NCBI GenBank assembly: GCA_947164865.1
Contig: CAMUYA010000016.1
Location: forward strand, 1,603-65,602
Direction: 5' to 3'
Length of the DNA: 64,000 nucleotides
From: an uncultured Lachnospiraceae bacterium
Lineage (GTDB): Bacteria > Bacillota > Clostridia > Lachnospirales > Lachnospiraceae
In this document: piece after piece, positions 10,001 through 19,700 of the stretch
Position numbering within the stretch: the stretch's first letter is position 1
Layout: the number at the start of each line of letters is the position of its first letter
Translations under genes and position numbers: made by a program
The notes under the pieces: generated by a model
What the model saw: only the letters and a program-made list of their open reading frames with translations
Database searches by the model: none
What the model was told of the DNA's origin: nothing

Positions 10001-10768
10001 GGGATTCTCCGGCGACCATAGCTCCGGCTTTTCGATCTTTTCCGTAAACTCGATCCTTGTTACGCCGCTTGGGTATTCCTGCGCGGTAACTGCCCCTATA
10101 AGCGCGCTGTGGCTCTTTCCGAGCATGGGAAACCATAGAGTAGCCTTAAGCCTTGGACTCAGCTTTCCCACTCCGTTCTTATCATAGTCACCATTCCATG
10201 AGCAGTCGGCTTTGCCGTTAACGAGCTCGGCACTGACCTTTACTTCCCACTCGCCTGTAAGGTCGGTATCCGCAGTTATCTTTTCCCCTGCGGATACCAC
10301 AGGCTTAGCGGAAATATACATGCTGTCCGTTACTATATGGGTGCTTCTGTGCTCGATAAACCATACATCGCGGAATATTCCCGCTCCGCTGTACCACCTG
10401 CTGTTGGGCGAAAGGAAGCTGACCTTCACGATGATCTCGTTATCGCCTTCCTTTAAGAGCTCTGTTATATCAAAGAAAAAGCTGGAATACCCGTATTTCC
10501 ACTCACCTGCCGCCTTACCGTTAACGTAAAGAGCGGTATCCATATAGACGCCTTCGAAATATATCTCGTAGCGCCTCCCCGGCTTTTTCTTTAAGTCAAA
10601 TCTTTTCCTGTAAAATCCTGTTGAATCCTCATACAGATTCCCGGTCTGATAAATCAGCCAGTCATGCGGGAGATTCACTCTCTCAAAACGGGCTTCGTCC
10701 GGGCCCGGAATATCCGAGCCCGGCCTTAGCTTTGTAAACTCCCAGCCGTCATTAAATAGTGTTTTCAT
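7046..10768 (-). CDS. GH2 beta-galactosidase family protein with extra C-terminal carbohydrate-binding-like domains (1240 aa)
   Basis: VNLPHDW, FEGVY, GIFRDVW, GVCEHHDLGALGAA, NAIRTSHN, WSIGNEI, FGSET, FLWSGFDYIGEPTPY. Start MKTLFNDGWEF at 10768, 10 nt after the giant-gene stop; the track start at 10840 overlaps that gene. Confidence 0.92.
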   Translation of the reverse strand: MKTLFNDGWEFTKLRPGSDIPGPDEARFERVNLPHDWLIYQTGNLYEDSTGFYRKRFDLKKKPGRRYEIYFEGVYMDTALYVNGKAAGEWKYGYSSFFFDITELLKEGDNEIIVKVSFLSPNSRWYSGAGIFRDVWFIEHRSTHIVTDSMYISAKPVVSAGEKITADTDLTGEWEVKVSAELVNGKADCSWNGDYDKNGVGKLSPRLKATLWFPMLGKSHSALIGAVTAQEYPSGVTRIEFTEKIEKPELWSPENPKLYDCRLSVFDPEEDYEDTESSLVKPASEDSEEEKKKIVLAPGTPKGEGDERLFGFRSFTFDTDKGFFVNGVHTKINGVCEHHDLGALGAAFNKAAMRRKLQILRTMGVNAIRTSHNMPAVGLLELTDEMGFFVCDESFDMWEGSKTEYDYARFFKEWQERDVRSWIRRDRNHPSIFIWSIGNEIYDTHKDAHGQDITRCLQKEAKENDPLGNAIISIGSNYMAWEGAQKCADILKYAGYNYGEKLYDEHHREHPDWYIFGSETSSTVQSRGIYRFPYKRSTLADDDLQCSSLGNSTTSWGAPNAEYSIIAERDHDFSMGQFLWSGFDYIGEPTPYHTRNSYFGQIDTAGFPKDTFYIYKSAWTDAKKDPFVHVFPYWDFNEGQTVDVRVASNAPVVELFVNGESLGRKAIDHVSGKVLTGDYITQYRAGEITAVAYDESGKEIARQTRHSFGDSAHLVLNVYEPERKLTAGIGDMAFIEVYATDKDGYPVENATDLVNVKVEGAGYLAGLDNGDSADDAEYKGSFKRLFSGKMLICAAVGNETGKIKVTASAEGLEGAEVTLEVSEKKDIEGMSLLPERFSEKKDGEDTGSDLKDRSETKAGSREVKERRINGVRVRKIALSCDEERVLTPDYVKIKVNARILPEAAAGAVDPDELIWKAVDEAGIDSNIAKIVETEGFSATVKALGDGYFKIRCMTKCGCESVKVISELGFTAEGIGQALLDPYGFIAGGLYTYSDSELGNGNEHGIATQRGDRTVFGYDDIDFGSYGSDEITIPLFVLSGGKFPMQIWEGLPDAKGSEMLADVVYEKPALWNEYQSETYKLGHRVKGVSSLYFVTYDKAQFAGFSFKKLEKAYELLNAGECDAVYGDSFEKKADRIDNIGNNVTVEFKDMDFGDKAAGRLEITGVSHIPVNTIHVLFDNGTDSKRDIIEFKAGAGEKQPSAGSGNAPEKQVFEVSGYTGKGDVKFIFLPGSSFDLVSIRFI

Positions 10769-10778
10769 AGTTACCTGA

Positions 10779-13700
10779 TCATTCCCTGAGTTTCTTAAAT
10801 ACTGATACTGCTGTCTCGTTGTCGGTCTTTCCGATGGCATCCTCTAAGCCTAATACGGCAAGCGTACACTTTGCAAGGATCCTCGGCTCCTCGAAAGGAT
10901 TGTAATCACTTGCCGAGAAGAGAATAGCGTGAACCATATTTAGCCTTATAAAGTCCACAAGCTCCTCATCGCGCTCAAATCCCTGCGCGTTGCGGATAAG
11001 GTCAAGCTGCCTGCTGCCCACAACGATATTGCCGTTCACATCCTTCTTGGTCTTGTGCTTAGATACATAGCTTTCCGGCTTGTCATGATAGCGGAACTTT
11101 TCCTCCACCTGCTCCCTTGCAGCGTAGATGTCCTTGACCGTTGCGTTTCCGGCACCCTGATAATAATCTCTCACGGTGTTCTTATCGGACATGCAGTGCC
11201 AGAAATAATTAGCAAGATCAACAACCTTATCGATGATCTTGGAGGCTCCCTCCACACCGGCATATTCGGCAACCTTGCCTGCCACGGTTCCTGCAGCCTT
11301 GGATATCTTCCGGGACTCGATATTCTTTGTCATATCGGTACCGCCGCTGACAAGAGCCTTATTGTTGTTCAGCACTTCGGTAAGAGATACCTTCTTTTTC
11401 TGCGAAACATTGAGGTTCTCTATCTTTGACTTATCCTCTGCGCTCTTTTTTGCGCCCTCATCCTTTGCATCACCAAGCTTTTTGATGTTGATGGAGGCCT
11501 CTACAATATCCTTGAAATCTCCGATCATGGAGATAACGGGGTTAACATAGGTCTTTGCCCAGTCGAGAAGGTCACCTGTTTCTTCAGCGGCCTTGAGCAG
11601 CTTTGTGACATTATTCTTCACAAAGTCGGGAAGAAGGTCGTCAACCTTCTGTTCGAAGGCTTCAGCTTTATCGGTATACCACTCTCCGATGGCCTTGGTG
11701 CTGACAAAGCCCTTCATGTATTTCTCGATATATCCGTCGATCTTCTCAAGCTGCTCATCGTTTTCCGCAAAGGCATCTATGGCAGCCTTGGCATCTGCCG
11801 CTCCCTTTATCGCCTTACCGGAGAACCTGAGCACCATATCAACATACTTATAACCTGTGATCTCGTGGTTGACAATCTCGGTAGCTTCCACGCCTTTAAG
11901 GGTTTCTGACAGCCCGTCGGAGAGTTCCTTTTCCTCTTCCTTATCGTCCAGTACATCCTTGTACGCGCCTATTACGCTCTTGATGTTTTTACCGAAGGTC
12001 TTAAGCACCTCCTTCTGTTCCTGGAAAGAACCGGCCAGATCGTATATGCCTCTGAGGTCGTGGTTCTTTCTCTTGAAGGCTTCTTCTTTTTCCTTCTTGA
12101 TCCTTGCCTCAAACTGCTCCTGAGTCTCGCCGTCCTTGGGCTTTTCCTCCTCGACCTCCATATCCTCTACAAGGTCGTCTTCCTTCTCCTTATCCTTCTC
12201 AAGCATCTCATTTGCCTGATCGTGAAGGAAGTTTGCGGTCTTCTGGGATACGATATAATCGGCAAATCCCACCGCGGTATCGAAGAACCCGAGATTATCC
12301 TTGATCTCGTCATAGCCCTCCCTTGCGAGGAATCTCATAAATCTGGAGCCCGTATGATGCAGGTTTACCCTGAGGAACGAATTGTCCATCTTGAACTCCC
12401 CGTTCTTCTGCTTATCCCCGAGGGACTCATATACTGCCTGATCACCCGATACCATCTTGCTTTCGGAAGTGGTTCTGGTAACGAACTGAAGAGCTCTCTC
12501 AAAAAGCTTCCAGTCAATAACCGTCTTCCTGTCGGTGACAAGGAGCTGGTTGTTTACATAGAGATTTTTATTTGCCCAGTTGATATCAACGTTTTCGAAC
12601 TTCATATCATCGTTGACTTCTCTGGAAAGAAGACTCTCAAAGGCAGCCATGCAGGCTCCTTCGCCAAGCTCTGTGTCATTTCCGTTCGCCAGATATTCAT
12701 CTATCAGAGCATCTCTGTCAACGGGGTTAACGAAATCGCGCTCAGCCAGTCCGAATACATTCTTGTACAGGTTCTTCTGCGATACGTCAAGGATGTCTCT
12801 GTTCTCGAGAGCCTTGATAAACAGCTTCTTCTCGTTGGCATTAAGCTTATAATAACCGGTGAGCAGATCATCCGCATTGGACTGTCCGTTATTGAGCTTA
12901 TCCTCCTCAAACGCCGAGATGATCATGTTCTCAAAGGTCTCGACAGAGGAAGCTCCCGTCTCCATAAGAGATTTATGCTGACTGTAGAACCTTGCGGAAT
13001 TGGTCTTTTTATCCTTTTTCTCTTCAGCGTCCTGCCTGAGCAGGTTTCTGGACTGCCTTACGGCAAACTTCTTGATCCTCTCTCTGTCGATCTCTGCAAG
13101 GAAATCCATCGCTGCATCGAGAAGATCCCAGTCAACTACCCTGATCCTGTTTATTGAGGATTCAACAAAATCCGATTCCCTGAGCTCTCCTTCGGGAAGC
13201 TCCACATCGTCCCTTACCTGGAAGCTGAGAAGCGATGCCAGAGCTTTCTGTACGAATTCGGGATCCGCTGCGTCTCTGAGAGCTTCAAGCCTTCCCTCTT
13301 CACTCAGAAGCTTTTCGTACATCTTGAATCTTCCGGCAGAATCCACATGGGGAACCTTCTTGGTCTTTTCATCCTTTCCCGCGCTGGAAAAGTCAAGTAT
13401 GGTACGATTCTGAAGGATGTAGATAAGCAGGCCTCTCTGGCTGCTGCTCATCTTGTCGAATCTTGCCTTAACATTCTCGACCTTGACCCGGTTATGCAGA
13501 AGCTTTGATACCTTTGTACCCACTCTTCCTACAAGGCCCTGTTTGTCCTCTCTCTCAATATCCGTTTGGGAGTAATCCCCCAGGAACCTGTAGAGATCAC
13601 TCTGCGACTTGACATCAGCCTTATGTAGTGTCTTTGACTGCTGCCCGATATTGACAGACTCTGTGGCTTTGTTCTTTCTGTATCTGTCAGCCACCTTCAT

Positions 13701-16700
13701 GTTCTCTTCGGCGGCATTCATCCGGTCAAAGTCCTTGGGTCTTAACAGGTTCTTCTTCTTTTCGACCTTCTCAACAAACTGAAGTGCAGTCTTAAAGAGC
13801 TCCTCGTCTCCGGTGAGACGGAAGTTTTTGTATCTGAGGGTGACTGCGCGGATACTGCGGGCATAATCCACCTGCAGATCACCCGGCTTTCCGGCGATGT
13901 AATCGAGGATCTGCTTTCTCTCGGTCTTTATCACATCCGCCTTCATTCCGTATACTGCTCTCTGCGTTCCTCTCTCTTCGGGTTTGGATGCGTAAAGAGC
14001 TATCGCAAATATCTTTCTCTGCTCGGAATCGAGCTCGTTGTACTTCTCAACCAGCCACTTGTCGCTGGTGATACCTATCATGTGCTCAAAGTCCTTCCTG
14101 GTCTTTACTCCGGGATAGATATTCTGTTCTTCAAAATCCTTGTTGCTTACGGAATCGCCCTTTACAAGCAGAGCTTCTATGTTAAAGGAGGTGGATATCC
14201 TTTCCTTTACTTCCTCCGCAAAGGCGGCAGCGTCAAGCTCTCCCTCGCTGGCGGTGATGATGCTTCCGGTAAAGTACTCCCTGAGACCTCCCACATAGCG
14301 CGACCTTGAAACCACGTCAAGATCCTTGGTGTAAGCATCCTCTGCAAGCACTTTATCGATGACGCCGTATGCTTTTTCCGCACAGCTCAGGTACTTTTTC
14401 TGTGCATCGATCATACCCGCGAAAGCCTTCTGATCTCCGTTCAAGGATATGATATATGCTCTCATCTTCTCGCAGATATCTCTGTGAGCCAGAATAAGTC
14501 CGCTGTCGTTAAAGCTCATCTTTTCGAGCTCCGAGAGCTTCACATAGAAGTTCTTAAACTTGGATGTGAGCTTTTTAAGATTATCTCCCGTTCCGGTCTT
14601 CTCTTGGAATTTAGCCGCATAGACGAGGTAAAGGTCCATTGCTTCCTCGGGGATTTTGGCTTCGCCCGCCGCGTATTTGTAAATTCCCTTCAGTCTTTCG
14701 GCCTCGATCTTTACATCATTGTCTTCTCCCAGCACCCAGTCCGCAGCTCTGTCAGCCTTGGTAAGGAATGAGCTGTTAAGCCTTACATATTCATCAAGGC
14801 AGTCCGCAAGGATATCGGGATAAGTGATGTCCCCCTCTTTCTTGAACATCTGCTTTGCTTCCGCGAAGCGGCTCTTATCCTTTTCTTCTCCCTTGGATCC
14901 GACCTTGACCTCACCCTTTTTGCTCTGCGCGGCATAGATGAGCGATGTCTTAATCTGTCCCAGTTCCTTAAGGGTATCAAGCTTACCCGCAAAGAGCTTT
15001 TCGTTATACAGAGTGCGTCCTTCCGACTTCTTGACGGCAACAGCTGTCTGCGCATCCTGCATCTGCTTGATACGCTCCTTGGCCTCCGCTATGCTCTCGG
15101 GCCTGAATGAAACATCTTCCTCAAGCGCAGTTTTCTTGGAGCTCAGGAACTCTTCAATGGTCTTGTTCAGATTCTTTTTAAACTTCTTCGGATCTCCCAT
15201 AAGGGCAGCATCCCTGATGTAATTCCTGAAATCCTCAAGAGAGCTCTGAAGCTTTCTCTGTTGCTCAAAAGTCATGGAGCTGATGGTCTTTCTGACATCG
15301 ATATCAGCCTCAAATCCCTGTGAAAGCACTTCTCCAAGTTCCTCACTCACGCTGTCGGTGTGGGTGAGCACGTACTTTAAGAATGTCTCCTGCGCCAGGG
15401 AGTCATTTGCTTTGAAATTATCTATCTGGTTTTTGTAGTATTCCTCGAGGGTTCCCTGAAGGTTTGCAGCCTGGATAGTATCGGAGTTTTCGAGCAGATG
15501 ATCGTTCATCTGCTTAATGAGACCGTTTGCCTTCCTTTTGCCTCTGTCAAAGGCATCCGCCACACTGTCAAGCTTTGCGGTGAGTCCGAAAGTTACAACA
15601 TTTCCGATCTTGAACTTTAAGCTTCTTCCTTCTTTCTTGAGCTTATTTCTCTCCTTTACTTCCTCCTCATTGATCTTATCAAACCAGGGGTTTTCTTCCT
15701 CTGCTTTGAAATAATATGTAAGGCTCTTTTGGGCGTCTCCGGTTCCCTGCTCGAGGTTTGAAAGAATGGATTTGGTGTTCTGTTTGCTCTGGGTCAGATA
15801 GAGCCCTGTAAATTCCTCAAGCTTTCTGCTCCAGTACTTGACCGCCATTTCGGCATCATTTTCATTCAGTACCTTTTCGTACTCCTTATATTCAGCCTTA
15901 TCCTCATTAAGGTAATTCTTAAGATTATCCTCTGTAAAGAATTCTCCGACAAAGGAATACTTCTGATCCTTGATGGCCATTCCAAGTGGCGCAAATCTGC
16001 TATAGAGCTTTTCTATGCATTCGATCGCCACGGTCTCGGCACTGTCCAGAATATCAATGGTAAGCTCGGGGATACCCATGATGGTGTCAACAATAGGCTC
16101 CAGCAAACCATCCTTGTATTCTGCCAGCAGCTTTCTTCTCTCTTTATAGAGCATGGATGTCTCAAAGAGCTCGTCACTCTGCTTTCCGTCATTGACGCTT
16201 ATAAGGCTGTGGAGCATACTTCCAAGCTGATCCAGATTCTGCACGCCAAAGGCTTCCTGATTAAGTCTCTGCTCCTTATAGGACAGCTGAGCTTCATCTC
16301 CCGCACTGAACTTGGATATCTCGTCGGAGATTGCCCTGATCTCTTCATCAAGTTTCTTTGATTGAGTATTATTGTCGTAGATCTTTTTATTTGCTGCGCT
16401 GATGAGGTCATTGCATTCCATTATTACGCGGTCTGCCTCCCTGACTTCATCATGAGCTTTGTACTCTTTCTGCCTACATTCTTTAAGCTGTTCGTCCAGT
16501 TCCTTTAGTTTGGCATCATGCTCTTCTTTTTTGGCTTTCCTCTCCGATTTTTTTAAATTTTTTATTTTATCCCTGTATTGTGATAATTCCGCCTCTTTGC
16601 TTTCCCTCAGCTTTGTTGCTTCCTGGTGTTTCTTCCTTAGTTCATCGATGCTGCCCTCAGCTATTCTCAGCTTTTTCTTGGCATCGGCAGTATCCTTATC

Positions 16701-19700
16701 AAAATTGTCATTCTCTTTCTGAAGGGCATTTTTCCTGTCCTCCAGATCTTTTATCTTCCCCTGCTTTTTGGGAAGCTCTGCCAGAAGACCTTTCTCGTTC
16801 TGGTAATGCGTATCTCTCATTTTGAGCACAGTCCTCGCCAGCTTATTTCGAAGCTGCGGCTGAAGCTCCGGAGGATAATCCTTTATCATATCCTCGAGGA
16901 CTTGTGTCCTGTCATATGCATAGTTCGCGATACTGAAGAGATTATCCCTGTATTCCTCCTCCGGTTTACTGCCGTATGTAAAGAAATACTCCTGGAACTC
17001 CCCACCATGCCCCATAAGTATGTCCTGCACGCCGAACATACACATTTCGTATATGAAGTCTGTTACCTTGATCTGATCTTTTTCGACTTTCTTTTTCTTC
17101 TTCTTTTCGATAGCCTCGAGCTCATCTTCCGCATCAGGCTCTTTCACTCCCATAAAAGCTTCCCTGATGTCGTCAAGGAACTGTTCTTCACCGCCCTTGG
17201 CTGCAAGCTTATCATCCGTCACCACATTGGCGTTTCCCTTAACCTTTACGGTAAAGAATTTGAATTTCTTTTTGTCACCCTGAATAGCCTGCGCAAGATC
17301 CATCAAGCTTCCGTCGGGATTGTCTGAACTGAGGGCGCTCTTAAGCCATTTCCTCACCTGCATTACAGCCTCGGGGCCCAGCTCCTCAAGCCTTTTCCAT
17401 ACCTCCGAGGCGCGGTTTGCATGCGCGGCGCGCTTTCTCATCCAGTCCTTATCCCATCCGAGAAATGACTGTGCAAGAGTCTTTTCCCTGTCGGGCATAT
17501 CCTCATAGCGGTAACGTATCTTTCCGTCACGCATTTCCTTATCCGTGCCGATGGTGACAAGAAGTTTCTTTCTTACAAGCTTATTCTGCTGAGTCTGTTT
17601 GTTATACTCCGCCCTGAACACATTCTTTATATCGTCTTTAGAGGCTCCGCTTCTCATTATCTCAAGAAGGGCACGCTTCTGCACCTCGGGCGTCACCTCA
17701 TATTTTATGAGCATTTTCTTTATTTCTTCGTCTGCTCCTCCGGCGGTAATGCTCTCATGGAGATATATCATCATGTTTTCGATCTGGTCGAACCCAAGAT
17801 CATCCAATCCGTCGATTCCCTTTACATCCTTCATGAAAGGAAATCTCTCCCTGATAACGGGACTCTTAAACAGGATCACGTTCAGGTTGTCACTCAGGAA
17901 TTTTCTGATCCCCCGGTCGGGGATCACTGCCGAGAACTTGTCTCCGTTAATGAGCTGCTTTATCATTTCCCCAAAGGTGAGAGTATCCACCCGGGGTTCT
18001 TTAACTGCAGCCTTCCTCTTTCCGCAGTACTCATAACAGGATATCTTCTCCCCGCCTTCATCCTCATCAAAATACACCTTTGTGGATCTTTCAACAACAG
18101 CGGCAAAGCCTTGGATCATTACGTCATCGGACTCTCTTTTCAGGCTACCGACCTTGTCTGTAAGGAACTTGGAGCATGCCTTGTACAGCTTTTTCCAGCC
18201 CTGTTCCGACAGAGTCTTTCCTTCCAGCGCCTTTTCCATTCCTGCAAGATAGAGCGTGACGACCTCCAGCTCCCGTTCCATCAATTCCTGCTGATTTCCG
18301 GCTTCATCCCACTTGTCCTTCCTTGAAAGGAGATACTTTTCAACGGCAGGTCTCATCACTTCGGAGAAAGGTCCGCTTATCCTGTTCTTATATGCCTCAT
18401 CATAAGCCTTCTGCTTTTGGGCATATTTTCTGTTGGTGAGCGCCAGTCCGTTAAGGTATCTTTCGGCATAGTCCTTGATCACTCTGTTACCCGCAAAAAG
18501 TGCCTTATCTCCGATAAAATTACGCAGATCCTTATAAATATCGTCGGCGGCGAATCTGCCGAATCTTTCCACGACCATACGGCGCAGGAGTCTGTCTGTT
18601 CCCTGCGCACGTCTTACCATATTTGTCAGATCCTCATCCTTGAGTCCCAGTGCCTCTGTCTCTTCATCGGGGCCAAGCAGCTTAAGGAGAGCCTTGCTCT
18701 TGGCCAGTACGACGCCTCTGCCTCCAAGATCCGCCTTCTGCAGGATGGACCATCTGCCCGCTGCCTTGTAAAAAGGTGCTATATCCCCCTTCTTGATCGC
18801 CATGGTACTCTTTTTGAGAGTATTTTCCACGCTCTTACCCACCAAAAGGTTATTTCCGAACACGGCCTTATGCATATCCACACAGTATTTCTTAACCCAT
18901 GGTACTCCCGCATCCAGAAATGATATGAGCATCTCCCGCGACTGCTTGTTCTTTTCCTGCCCACGGATACTGTTTATCATTCCCTTTACAGCCATCCTGT
19001 CAAGAGCCTTAAGGTTTTCTTTTACGATCCCGTTAAGCTCTGAAAGCTTGGCTCTGTACTGTTCATCCGTATACAGATCATGTTCCTTATCGGTGAAAAG
19101 CTCGTTGTTGATAAAGGCACTGAATTCCGTAAGCTTCCAGTCGCTATCGATCTCCTTTTCCTCTCCGTCATCGCCTGCCCATTTCCCGCTGATAACCATC
19201 TGCCTTCTGGCATCGATGGCGTTCAGTCTTCTCTGCTTTTCTGCCTGGCGGGCTTCTCTTATTTCGTCTGCCTTGACATTATCTCTGGCGATATTCTGCT
19301 GTGCGGTATGCTTTGCTTTTTCCTTTACGTGACCGGTCACCTTTTCCCATGTGAAATACTTTCCGTAACCCTTGATATTACGGATCTCTTTCATCTCTTT
19401 ATCAAGCTTTGCACGAAGCTTCTTTATCTCGTTTGCATAGCCGTTGCGGGTTCTCTCGCTGATACCCTCATCCCGGGAATGATCGATATACATTCTGATC
19501 AGACGATAGTATTTACGCATCTTGTTCATGGAAATATCTATCGCATATTTATCGTCATCGACCATATAAGCCTTAATGTATTCTTCCCTCGCCTCCGCAT
19601 CAAGCTCGATATACTTTTTCTCAAGCTTAAGCAGCTCACCGGACTTAAGGATCCCGTGACCCATCATGTTGTCGAAGTCCACTTCGGCCATCTTGCGGTT

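Noticed and set aside
10769-10840. N-terminal extension of the GH2 ORF in the track
   Set aside because: It overlaps the giant gene's 3' end; homologue-like sequence starts at MKTLFNDGW. Track starts for priA, MATE, carB, GH3, fmt, GHKL and LytTR were shortened for the same kind of reason.
12060-13157. Long plus-strand ORFs opposite real genes (also 500-1018, 20251-21189, 23395-24345, 35140-36183 and many others)
   Set aside because: They are antisense shadows of well-supported minus-strand CDSs, with no RBS or family motifs. The same applies to 58656-59042 (minus), opposite the GNAT.
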